Of a stretch of DNA of 64,000 nucleotides, positions 1 through 6,500 are shown in pieces. Under the pieces are notes generated by a model. It worked only from the letters and a program-made list of their open reading frames with translations, was not told where the DNA came from and ran no database searches. Within the stretch, counting starts at the first letter, position 1, and every line of letters starts with the position of its first letter. The position numbers were made by a program, and so were the translations under genes. Origin of the DNA: a virus (Duplodnaviria > Caudoviricetes); the IMG/VR virus record IMGVR_UViG_3300028072_000006, positions 7,416-71,415 of that record; one strand, written 5' to 3'.

Positions 1-14
1 CGTGTCATCCTCAA

Positions 15-73
15 GGTCGAAACGAGAGCTTTTACTGCTCTCGTCCACGGGTACAACCCGTGCTGATGAGACT
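15..73 (+). ncRNA. Type II hammerhead ribozyme HH1 (predicted cleavage after C45)
   Basis: GGTC(15-18) GAAA(19-22), stem III CGAGAGC/GCTCTCG, TC(44-45), stem I CACGGG/CCCGTG, CTGATGA(63-69), GACT(70-73) closing stem II. Confidence 0.92.
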
Positions 74-85
74 AGGAGAGAAAAA

Positions 86-397
86 TTGACGAAACCCAAT
101 CGCGGAAGTTGAAGTCAAGGAAGTGGTCAAAAGTTTAACTCCGGCAAACCGGGATGCGGCTGCGGCTGCCGCGGAAACTACCGGGTCAACCCGGAGCACA
201 TCGCTTTCGCGAACGAACGGCGCGGGTACGAGTACGAAGCCGAAGAGATCAACCTCGCGCAGGTTAAGCGAGTTCTGAACATCCTAAAGTCTCGGGAAGC
301 TGAGGTCAAGGTTACGTTAACGGAAAAAGAAGTAATCTACTTCATCGAAGCCGAGCGATACTACTGGGTGTTTGTCAAGGTCGAAACGAGAGCGTAA
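86..397 (+). pseudogene. Small early protein with SGKPGCGCGCRGNY motif; 5' part disrupted (in-frame TGA at 110-112)
   Basis: AGGAGAG RBS, then TTG at 86. The same frame is open from 113 to TAA 395-397 and reads as protein (FNSGKPGCGCGCRGNYRVNPEH...YWVFVKVETRA). Not in the ORF track. Confidence 0.6.
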
Positions 398-434
398 GCT
401 CTCGTCCACGGGTTACACCCGTGCTGATGAGACC
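379..434 (+). ncRNA. Type II hammerhead ribozyme HH2 (cleavage after C406)
   Basis: GGTC GAAA, CGAGAGC-GTAA-GCTCTCG, TC, CACGGG..CCCGTG, CTGATGA(424-430), GACC. Confidence 0.95.
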
Positions 435-452
435 CAGTTTGAGGAGAGAAAA

Positions 453-839
453 ATGAACGTCATCGACAAGAACAACCTGAAGATCATCTCCGCCGACATC
501 GAAAAAGCTCTCGAGTCGGTGGCGAAGAAACACGGGGTCAGCTTGACCCGTGGCCGCGGAAAGTACAGCAACGCTTCGACCGGGTCGCTGGTGATCGAGA
601 TCGCGACGATCGGTGTGGACGGAACGGTCGAGAGCCGGGAACGCAGCGACTTCAAGCGGCTGCACGACTTGTACGGTCTGTCGCTCGACGCTCTCGACGC
701 AGAGTTTACCGCGAACGGCTCGACATACCGCATCATCGGCTTGGACTTGGGACGGCGCAAGCGACCGATTCTCTGCGAGGCGAACGGGCACCAGTACCTG
801 TTCCCGTCTGAGCAGGTCAAGCATCTTCTGAACCGCTAG
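453..839 (+). CDS. Hypothetical early protein (128 aa)
   Basis: GAGGAG RBS at 441-446 before ATG 453; the ORF-track start at 372 runs through the ribozyme and is unlikely. Confidence 0.8.
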   Translation: MNVIDKNNLKIISADIEKALESVAKKHGVSLTRGRGKYSNASTGSLVIEIATIGVDGTVESRERSDFKRLHDLYGLSLDALDAEFTANGSTYRIIGLDLGRRKRPILCEANGHQYLFPSEQVKHLLNR

Positions 840-890
840 GTCGAAACTCCCGCAAGGGAGTCTGCCCGTGATACGGGCACTGATGAGACC
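839..890 (+). ncRNA. Type II hammerhead ribozyme HH3 (cleavage after C862)
   Basis: GGTC GAAA, CTCCC-GCAA-GGGAG, TC, TGCCCGT/ACGGGCA, CTGATGA(880-886), GACC. Confidence 0.95.
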
Positions 891-903
891 GAGGAGAGAA
901 CAG

Positions 904-1386
904 ATGAACGACAACCGAATCAAAAAAGCCGTCGAGCAAGCGAGCACCGCGTTCTGGGCACAGATCGTGAAAAACTTTCCCGAGGCGGTGTACGGCGACC
1001 TGGACCCTGAGGTTACCGTGCGGCTGCGCCGCGAGCAGGAAGCCGCCGTCAAGCGTTGGGTGCAGCTCAACATCCCCGTGTACTACCACGAAGTGGCCGA
1101 CAAGCTGGCGGCGAAGGGGTTTGACGCGGAACTCGAAGTCACGGGCGGCGGAATCACCTGCGTCATGGTCCGCATCGGCCGCTTCCAGTTCTGGTGGGGA
1201 ACGGCGAACGAGAACTGGGGAGCAGATGTTTGGGTGGACGGCGACTTCTGGGACGGACACTCGCTCGAGATCGCCAACTGCGCGTCGGACAGCTCCGACT
1301 ACTACAAGGTGGCTGAGCTGATCGCCCGGCACTCGCTGGTGTTCGAGAAGCAGCACCGGAAAGACCAGGTCGAAACGGGGTCTTAG
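904..1386 (+). CDS. Hypothetical early protein (160 aa)
   Basis: GAGGAG RBS at 891-896, ATG 904; stop lies in the HH4 stem III loop. Confidence 0.8.
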   Translation: MNDNRIKKAVEQASTAFWAQIVKNFPEAVYGDLDPEVTVRLRREQEAAVKRWVQLNIPVYYHEVADKLAAKGFDAELEVTGGGITCVMVRIGRFQFWWGTANENWGADVWVDGDFWDGHSLEIANCASDSSDYYKVAELIARHSLVFEKQHRKDQVETGS

Positions 1387-1423
1387 CACCCCGTCTGCCC
1401 GTGACACGGGCACTGATGAGACC
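1368..1423 (+). ncRNA. Type II hammerhead ribozyme HH4 (cleavage after C1395)
   Basis: GGTC GAAA, CGGGGT/ACCCCG, TC, TGCCCGT/ACGGGCA, CTGATGA(1413-1419), GACC. Confidence 0.95.
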
Positions 1424-1437
1424 ACAAGGAGAGAACA

Positions 1438-1704
1438 ATGTTACAGCAGCAGCAATACCTCGCGTCATTCCAGAAGCAGTACCTCACCCGCTGCTCCAAC
1501 TGCGGCGGAAAAACTTCCAAGAAGTACGCCAAGGAGCACGCCGGCCAGTGCAAGGTCTGCGTCACCGGGGAGTCCGGGGCGAACCTGTACAAGTGCCCGG
1601 ACTGCGGCGAACGCCGGCTGACCCTGTACCAGAAGCGCAACGGGTACCACTGCGACACCTGCACCCGCAACGTCGAGCAGACGGGCGGGGTCTACGGTTG
1701 GTAA
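1438..1704 (+). CDS. Small Cys-rich (four CxxC) zinc-finger-like protein
   Basis: AGGAGAG RBS; CSNC, CKVC, CPDC, CDTC. Confidence 0.75.
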   Translation: MLQQQQYLASFQKQYLTRCSNCGGKTSKKYAKEHAGQCKVCVTGESGANLYKCPDCGERRLTLYQKRNGYHCDTCTRNVEQTGGVYGW

Positions 1705-1756
1705 GGTCGAAACGGTCTTCGGACCGTCTGCCCGTGACACGGGCACTGATGAGACC
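1705..1756 (+). ncRNA. Type II hammerhead ribozyme HH5 (cleavage after C1728)
   Basis: GGTC GAAA, CGGTC-TTCG-GACCG (UUCG tetraloop), TC, TGCCCGT/ACGGGCA, CTGATGA(1746-1752), GACC. Confidence 0.95.
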
Positions 1757-1776
1757 CACACAAGGAGAGAAAACTT

Positions 1777-2037
1777 ATGACTGGAGAATGCCCCGCCTGC
1801 CGAGCGGCTGGAAGCATCGGCATCGTCTGCGCACGTTGCAAGAAAGCGACGATCATGCCCGTCAACCACACGCTGTCGCACCAAGTCTGGGCGTCGCAGG
1901 ACCTGAAGATCAACGGCGTCGGCTTCAGCACCCCCGTGCTGCTCGCCGCGTTTCTGATGCGGATCGACGCGGACACCTGGGCGGATGAAGTTTCCCGGCT
2001 GCACTCGGAGTTCAAGGTGGAGGTACGAACGCTGTGA
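1777..2037 (+). CDS. Hypothetical protein with two CxxC motifs
   Basis: AGGAGAG RBS; CPAC and CARC. Confidence 0.7.
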   Translation: MTGECPACRAAGSIGIVCARCKKATIMPVNHTLSHQVWASQDLKINGVGFSTPVLLAAFLMRIDADTWADEVSRLHSEFKVEVRTL

Positions 2038-2246
2038 AAAACTTGCCAAGAGGTTATCGAATCGCGCACGACGATGACGGCGGATGGTCACTAATTGATC
2101 GCAACAAGAATGCCATCGCGTTTCACATGTACCCTTCAAGTCGTCGCAAAGCAGCCGCTACCTTAGTTCAAGCTTGTAAAAAGTTAAAGCGACTTGCTTC
2201 TAGACACAAGAAGATAACTATGAAGCTGTGGAATGAATCACGATAA
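2034..2246 (+). CDS. Hypothetical basic protein
   Basis: GTGA overlap with the previous gene; no ribozyme between the two. Confidence 0.55.
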   Translation: MKNLPRGYRIAHDDDGGWSLIDRNKNAIAFHMYPSSRRKAAATLVQACKKLKRLASRHKKITMKLWNESR

Positions 2247-2248
2247 AA

Positions 2249-2300
2249 GGCCGAAACGCCCGCAAGGGCGTCCACGGGTATCGCCCGTGCTGACGAGGCC
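2249..2300 (+). ncRNA. Type II hammerhead ribozyme HH6 (cleavage after C2272), CUGACGA variant
   Basis: GGCC GAAA, CGCCC-GCAA-GGGCG, TC, CACGGG/CCCGTG, CTGACGA(2290-2296), GGCC; compensatory stem II change. Confidence 0.95.
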
Positions 2301-2327
2301 CGTCAAGAAATTTCTAAGGAGAGAACC

Positions 2328-3080
2328 ATGCCAGACAACAAAAGTATCTCGGCCCTTCTTTCGAGCAGCAAGAGCGTGGAGGTCAACCGCGAGCAGCTGG
2401 GTAAGATCAAGTGCCCGAAGCCGACGGAGTCGCACAAGCCCGTGCCGCACCTCGAGCTGGTCGAGACTTTGGAGGACCGGCTGAAGACGGTCATGGGCGC
2501 GAAGATCATCAAGGAGCAGTTCGCCGTCCGCCGCGAAGGTTCGACGCTGTTCGGCGTGATCACGCTGAAGTACCAAGACACAGAGGACGGTGCAGCGGCC
2601 ATCGGGCTGCGCACCTCGAACGACCGCTCGATGAGCCTGCAGTTCGTCGCCGGTCTCAACGTCTTCGTCTGCGACAACATGTGCTTGCGCGGCGACATGA
2701 TCATGCTCAAGCGCATGCACACTCGGAAGCTCAACCTCGTCGAGGAGATCGACCTCGGGCTGAGCCGCTTCAAGGACCACTACAAGCTGCTGACCGACGA
2801 GGTCGCCAAGCTGCACAAGATCAAGCTGACGACCCCGGAGGCAAAGTCGATGATCCACGACGCCTTTGTCGACCAGCAGATCATGCCCCTGCGCTATCTC
2901 GCGGAGGTCAGCCGGGAATACTTCAAGCCGCGTCACGCGGAGTTCGCTCCGCGAACCGCGTGGAGCCTCCACAACGCGTTCACCGAGGTCGCCAAGCAGA
3001 TGCCCATGACCCCGCGCATGCACGCCACCACCGAGCTCGGCCGGTTCCTAGGCATGAGCCAAGAGAAGGAGGCCGCATAG
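2328..3080 (+). CDS. DUF932-like phage/plasmid protein
   Basis: Recognised pattern HKPVPH...IGLRTSND.S...FVCDN...RMHT; AGGAGAG RBS. Confidence 0.65.
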   Translation: MPDNKSISALLSSSKSVEVNREQLGKIKCPKPTESHKPVPHLELVETLEDRLKTVMGAKIIKEQFAVRREGSTLFGVITLKYQDTEDGAAAIGLRTSNDRSMSLQFVAGLNVFVCDNMCLRGDMIMLKRMHTRKLNLVEEIDLGLSRFKDHYKLLTDEVAKLHKIKLTTPEAKSMIHDAFVDQQIMPLRYLAEVSREYFKPRHAEFAPRTAWSLHNAFTEVAKQMPMTPRMHATTELGRFLGMSQEKEAA

Positions 3081-3131
3081 GTCGAAACGCCCGCAAGGGC
3101 GTCCACCCGTCAAGCGGGTGCTGATGAGACT
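3080..3131 (+). ncRNA. Type II hammerhead ribozyme HH7 (cleavage after C3103)
   Basis: GGTC GAAA, CGCCC-GCAA-GGGCG, TC, stem I CACCCG/CGGGTG (covaries with other copies), CTGATGA(3121-3127), GACT. Confidence 0.95.
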
Positions 3132-3145
3132 AAAGGAGAGCGGAG

Positions 3146-3364
3146 ATGAAACTTTCAAAAGTTGTTTTGTACTTTACCAACAAGCAGCAGAACATCGTCA
3201 TCAACCACGTGAATCAAATTATTCCGTTGGAGGCGACGATCCTGGTTCGAACTCCGGAAACGGACTACAACGTCGAGCGCCGTAACCTGCTGTACTACAC
3301 CGAGACTTGGGTCGACGAGCTGTCAACCAACGACCGAAAAGTATTGCGCCACGCCGGAGAGTAA
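3146..3364 (+). CDS. Hypothetical early protein
   Basis: AGGAGAG RBS; lies between HH7 and HH8. Confidence 0.7.
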   Translation: MKLSKVVLYFTNKQQNIVINHVNQIIPLEATILVRTPETDYNVERRNLLYYTETWVDELSTNDRKVLRHAGE

Positions 3365-3365
3365 A

Positions 3366-3415
3366 GGTCGAAACCCCGCAAGGGGTCCACGGGTAACACC
3401 CGTGCTGATGAGACC
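3366..3415 (+). ncRNA. Type II hammerhead ribozyme HH8 (cleavage after C3387)
   Basis: GGTC GAAA, CCCC-GCAA-GGGG, TC, CACGGGT/ACCCGTG, CTGATGA(3405-3411), GACC. Confidence 0.95.
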
Positions 3416-3430
3416 AAAAGGAGAGCAGAG

Positions 3431-3874
3431 ATGAATAACCAAGAACGAACCGCGAGTATCGTTTCCCAGGCGATCGGCGACGAGCAGGCCACGGGTCGCC
3501 AGACGGGAGTGATCCTGCAAGGTTCAAATTCCATCGTCTACCTTGAAGTTACCGGCAAGGGTTTGGCCCGCCCGTTTCGAATCCGCTACGGGCTGAGCGG
3601 CATCCTTCCCGCCTACGTCGTCTTTGAAGTTTTTGACGAGCAGTTTTCCGAGTTTCGCCCGACGCTGGTTCACTGGACGAAAGCTCTGCACTACCTTCGC
3701 GAAACGAACGCCCGCCACAGCGTTAAGCGCGTCTTGTGGGGAGACGACTTTCGGAACGGGTACACCTGTGCCAAGTGGGACAGGCTGACCTACGACGACC
3801 GCTTTCGAATCACCAACATCTACGGGGATCCGTTCATCGAGGAGCTGCCAGTTCAGGTCGAAACGGAGGCGTGA
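3431..3874 (+). CDS. Hypothetical early protein
   Basis: AGGAGAG RBS; stop TGA in the HH9 GTGA tetraloop. Confidence 0.75.
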   Translation: MNNQERTASIVSQAIGDEQATGRQTGVILQGSNSIVYLEVTGKGLARPFRIRYGLSGILPAYVVFEVFDEQFSEFRPTLVHWTKALHYLRETNARHSVKRVLWGDDFRNGYTCAKWDRLTYDDRFRITNIYGDPFIEELPVQVETEA

Positions 3875-3912
3875 GCCTTCGTCCACGGGTAACACCCGTG
3901 CTGATGAGACCT
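3855..3912 (+). ncRNA. Type II hammerhead ribozyme HH9 (cleavage after C3883)
   Basis: AGGTC GAAA, CGGAGGC-GTGA-GCCTTCG, TC, CACGGGT/ACCCGTG, CTGATGA(3901-3907), GACCT. Confidence 0.95.
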
Positions 3913-3931
3913 AAGTTAAAGGAGAGAACTT

Positions 3932-4237
3932 ATGCCGAAAACAAGCAGCCCGTTCGAAGAGGCGGTGGAGCGGTCGGAGATCATCGCCGACGCGCTCGTC
4001 CTTCGCCTCAACGCGTACCACCGCTGTGACTTTCTGGTCACGGCGATCCAGCTGCAGTCCCTACAGACCGGCGTCTTGATGATGCTGACCTCAGGGGTGA
4101 AGCTGAGCACTCCCGAGGTTGAGATCCTCGCCACCGACGAGGGGCGAGCCTTCCGGCTGTGCTCGGGAATACCCGGCTACCGTTTGGTCGAGGTGACGCT
4201 GCGCTCGATCCGCACGGGGAAGGCGGTGACGCGATGA
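3932..4237 (+). CDS. Hypothetical protein
   Basis: AGGAGAG RBS; ATGA overlap with the next gene. Confidence 0.7.
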   Translation: MPKTSSPFEEAVERSEIIADALVLRLNAYHRCDFLVTAIQLQSLQTGVLMMLTSGVKLSTPEVEILATDEGRAFRLCSGIPGYRLVEVTLRSIRTGKAVTR

Positions 4238-5001
4238 CCGACAAGATCATCGACAAGATCCGCAAGCTCAACACGCAGGCGGAGTCCGCCAGGGCGATCG
4301 GCTCGGAGGCAGAGGCTCAAGCCTTCGCCAGCAAGGTGCAGGAGATGCTGTTCCAGCACAACTTGTCTCTGACCGAAGTTTACACCAAGAGCGCGACGAA
4401 GGATGAGGAGGAAGCCGTCCGCCAAGTCTTCCGGCCGTCTGAGCACGGGCTGAAGGACAAGCGCACCCGCGTCAAGTGGACCGAGGACCTCGCCTACACC
4501 GTGGGACTCGCCAACTTCTGCGAGGTGCTCTTTCACACTGGCTCCAACTTCATCAGCTTCATCGGCTTCCAGCACAACGTGGAGGTGGCCGCGTACGTCT
4601 ACGAAGTTTTGCTGCGGTCGGCCGACCGTCTCGCCGACGCGGCGTACGGCGAGCGGTGGCGCGAGTGCGAGCGGATGGGCAGCGTCGAGTTGTGCCGGGG
4701 CTTCCGGGCGAGCTTCATGGCCGGCTTCGTGAGCCGGCTGTTCGTCCGCATCCGGGAGCGGCAGAAGCAGCAAGCCGCCTCGTCCTCGCTCGCCATCGTC
4801 GTCGTCGACCGCAGTCAGCAGGCGATCGACAAGTGGAAGCAGAACAGCGGGGTCAAGATCAAGACGGCCGAGTCGCTGAAGAACAAGATCACCAACGCCG
4901 CAGGCTACAAGCGCGGCATCCAGGCGGCGGACTCCGTCAACCTGGACCCGAAGGGTCTCAAGGACGGACCCCCGGCGAAGGTCGCGGGTGAGCTCTCGTG
5001 A
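4234..5001 (+). CDS. DUF2786-domain protein
   Basis: N-terminal IIDKIRKL...EAEAQAFASKVQEML pattern typical of DUF2786; ATG 4234 coupled to the previous stop. Confidence 0.65.
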   Translation: MTDKIIDKIRKLNTQAESARAIGSEAEAQAFASKVQEMLFQHNLSLTEVYTKSATKDEEEAVRQVFRPSEHGLKDKRTRVKWTEDLAYTVGLANFCEVLFHTGSNFISFIGFQHNVEVAAYVYEVLLRSADRLADAAYGERWRECERMGSVELCRGFRASFMAGFVSRLFVRIRERQKQQAASSSLAIVVVDRSQQAIDKWKQNSGVKIKTAESLKNKITNAAGYKRGIQAADSVNLDPKGLKDGPPAKVAGELS

Positions 5002-5115
5002 GCGGCCTGCTGATCTTCGCCGTGGTCAACATTGTCAACATCATCGCGCTCATCTTCGTGCTGCGGAGCCAAAAGGCTCCGCGGTAGAAGAACTTCAGCC
5101 GCGAGAAAATAGTTG

Positions 5116-5144
5116 TGTACAAAAAACTTCTCGCGAGGTATACT
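5116..5144 (+). promoter_or_regulatory. Sigma70-like promoter
   Basis: TGTACA-N17-TATACT; shares the TTGT(T/G)TACA upstream motif with three other sites. Confidence 0.65.
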
Positions 5145-5194
5145 TAAGAAGTTTTTGGTTCCCAGCGGTAAAATTCAACAGAGGAGAGACTCAC

Positions 5195-5845
5195 TTGCCA
5201 GAAGAAAACGCCGTACGATTCGCCGATGGAAAAGTCCACGTGTTGGACTTCAGCTTTGACATGCCGCTCGTTCAGTTCGGGTGCAACCGCCTCGCGGAGC
5301 AGATGACTGAGAAGCGGCTGACCCTCACCAACTACCGAAAGATTGCTCAGGCGCTTGGGCTCGAACTTCACGAGGCGCTTGAGATTGACTTTCTCCGCAT
5401 CTCGGTCGCCTCCGTCATGCAGCACGCGTGGTACCAGCAGATGGGCGGGGCGACCGACAAGGTGCAGAGAAACTACGAAGCACAGCTGCAAAGGCACGCC
5501 AAGCACGTAGACGACCTCAGAAAAGGAAAGGTAAAAGCCATGCCGAAGAAAGCCGCATCACCCAAGAAGACCAAGGAGCCGGACAAGCCGTTGCTGTACA
5601 AGCTGCTGTCGAGCAAGATCGGCGAGACCTTGAAGAAGAAGGTCGACAACGCCGAGACCGGGAACCACGACGCCGTTATCGTGCAGGTGTTGTCAGGGTA
5701 CGACACTCCGAAGGACCTGGACACGATCGCCGAGAAGGTCAAAGCCACAGGGCGCTACAAGACGAACGACAAGCTGCCCGCTTCGGTTCGCTGGCACTTG
5801 AATAAGCTGGAGAAGGACGGCGTCGTCGCCGCCAAGGAAGCTTAG
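5195..5845 (+). CDS. Hypothetical protein with probable C-terminal winged-helix DNA-binding domain
   Basis: GAGGAG RBS then TTG 5195; C-terminal DLDTIAEKV...SVRWHLNKLEKDGVV is wHTH-like. Confidence 0.55.
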   Translation: MPEENAVRFADGKVHVLDFSFDMPLVQFGCNRLAEQMTEKRLTLTNYRKIAQALGLELHEALEIDFLRISVASVMQHAWYQQMGGATDKVQRNYEAQLQRHAKHVDDLRKGKVKAMPKKAASPKKTKEPDKPLLYKLLSSKIGETLKKKVDNAETGNHDAVIVQVLSGYDTPKDLDTIAEKVKATGRYKTNDKLPASVRWHLNKLEKDGVVAAKEA

Positions 5846-5850
5846 GTCCA

Positions 5851-6101
5851 GGGCGTACGGCGAGACTTAGCGAGTCTCGCGAGGGTCAGTGCGTGGAGGT
5901 TGAGTCGACTCTCCTCGGCTCAGGGCTGGGAACCTTCTTCGCGCGCTGGCTCTCGCCAGGCTCGCAACGCGGACGGACGTAATTCCGGTCAGCTCAACAA
6001 TCGACGAGCCGCAGGGGTGGTTCGAGAGAAGGCGGGTGAGCAGTTATACAGTGTAGCCCGCCGCCGACTTTTCCTTGACGGGAGCGGTCGGGCCACCCTT
6101 G
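5851..6101 (+). ncRNA. Candidate structured intergenic RNA of unknown class
   Basis: Several helices: GCGAGACT/AGTCTCGC, CTGGC/GCCAG, GGCTCG/CGAGCC, and a 10-bp stem (6012-6021/6092-6101) enclosing two hairpins. Confidence 0.4.
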
Positions 6102-6127
6102 TATTTTAAAGCGAGGAGACAAACCAC

Positions 6128-6409
6128 GTGAAGGAAAAAGTAAAGGCGGTAGCTTTTGCGGTTCTCATCTCAGCCCTCATCCTAGGAGTCGAACTTGCCG
6201 CGAACCGAGCCGTGCACGGCCGGGCCGTGTTTGACCCGCACGAGTCCGGCCTGTCAGGTTACTCTGGCGGTGGAGCGGGCGGAGGCGGCGACCACGCTCT
6301 CAGCCAGAGCATGCCCAAGTGGATGCGCGACCTGTACGACTGGCTGTACGGCAAGCCGTCTATGGCTGCGTTTGGCGGAGGCGGTGGCTCGTTTTGGCGT
6401 GTTCTTTGA
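6128..6409 (+). CDS. Gly-rich protein with N-terminal hydrophobic segment
   Basis: GAGGAG RBS, GTG start, TM/signal-like N-terminus. Confidence 0.55.
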   Translation: MKEKVKAVAFAVLISALILGVELAANRAVHGRAVFDPHESGLSGYSGGGAGGGGDHALSQSMPKWMRDLYDWLYGKPSMAAFGGGGGSFWRVL

Positions 6410-6465
6410 ACTTCGGCAAGGGGCGAAGCGCGGTTCGGTAGAAGTCCGATCAAACTCCCCTCATC

Positions 6466-6485
6466 GCGCGAGGCCGCGCATTTTT
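6466..6485 (+). terminator. Possible intrinsic terminator
   Basis: GCGCG-AGGC-CGCGC followed by ATTTTT; short stem. Confidence 0.35.
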
Positions 6486-6500
6486 AACTGAGGAAAACCG

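Noticed and set aside
110-112. TGA recoding (alternative genetic code)
   Set aside because: Many genes end in TGA with coupled ATGA/GTGA overlaps and long genes are intact under the standard code.
372-1437. ORF-track upstream extensions (372, 868) and ORF 1401-1988
   Set aside because: They read through ribozyme sequence (TRALMRP is the translated CTGATGAGACC); RBS-preceded starts lie downstream at 453, 904 and 1438.
15-3912. CRISPR array or integron attC array interpretation of the early repeats
   Set aside because: Repeats are non-identical and conserve the hammerhead core; spacers are whole genes of 280-830 nt; no cas genes, integron integrase or attC R/L boxes are visible.
6021-6027. 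TTCGAGA as a tRNA T-loop
   Set aside because: No flanking T stem or acceptor stem; not a tRNA.
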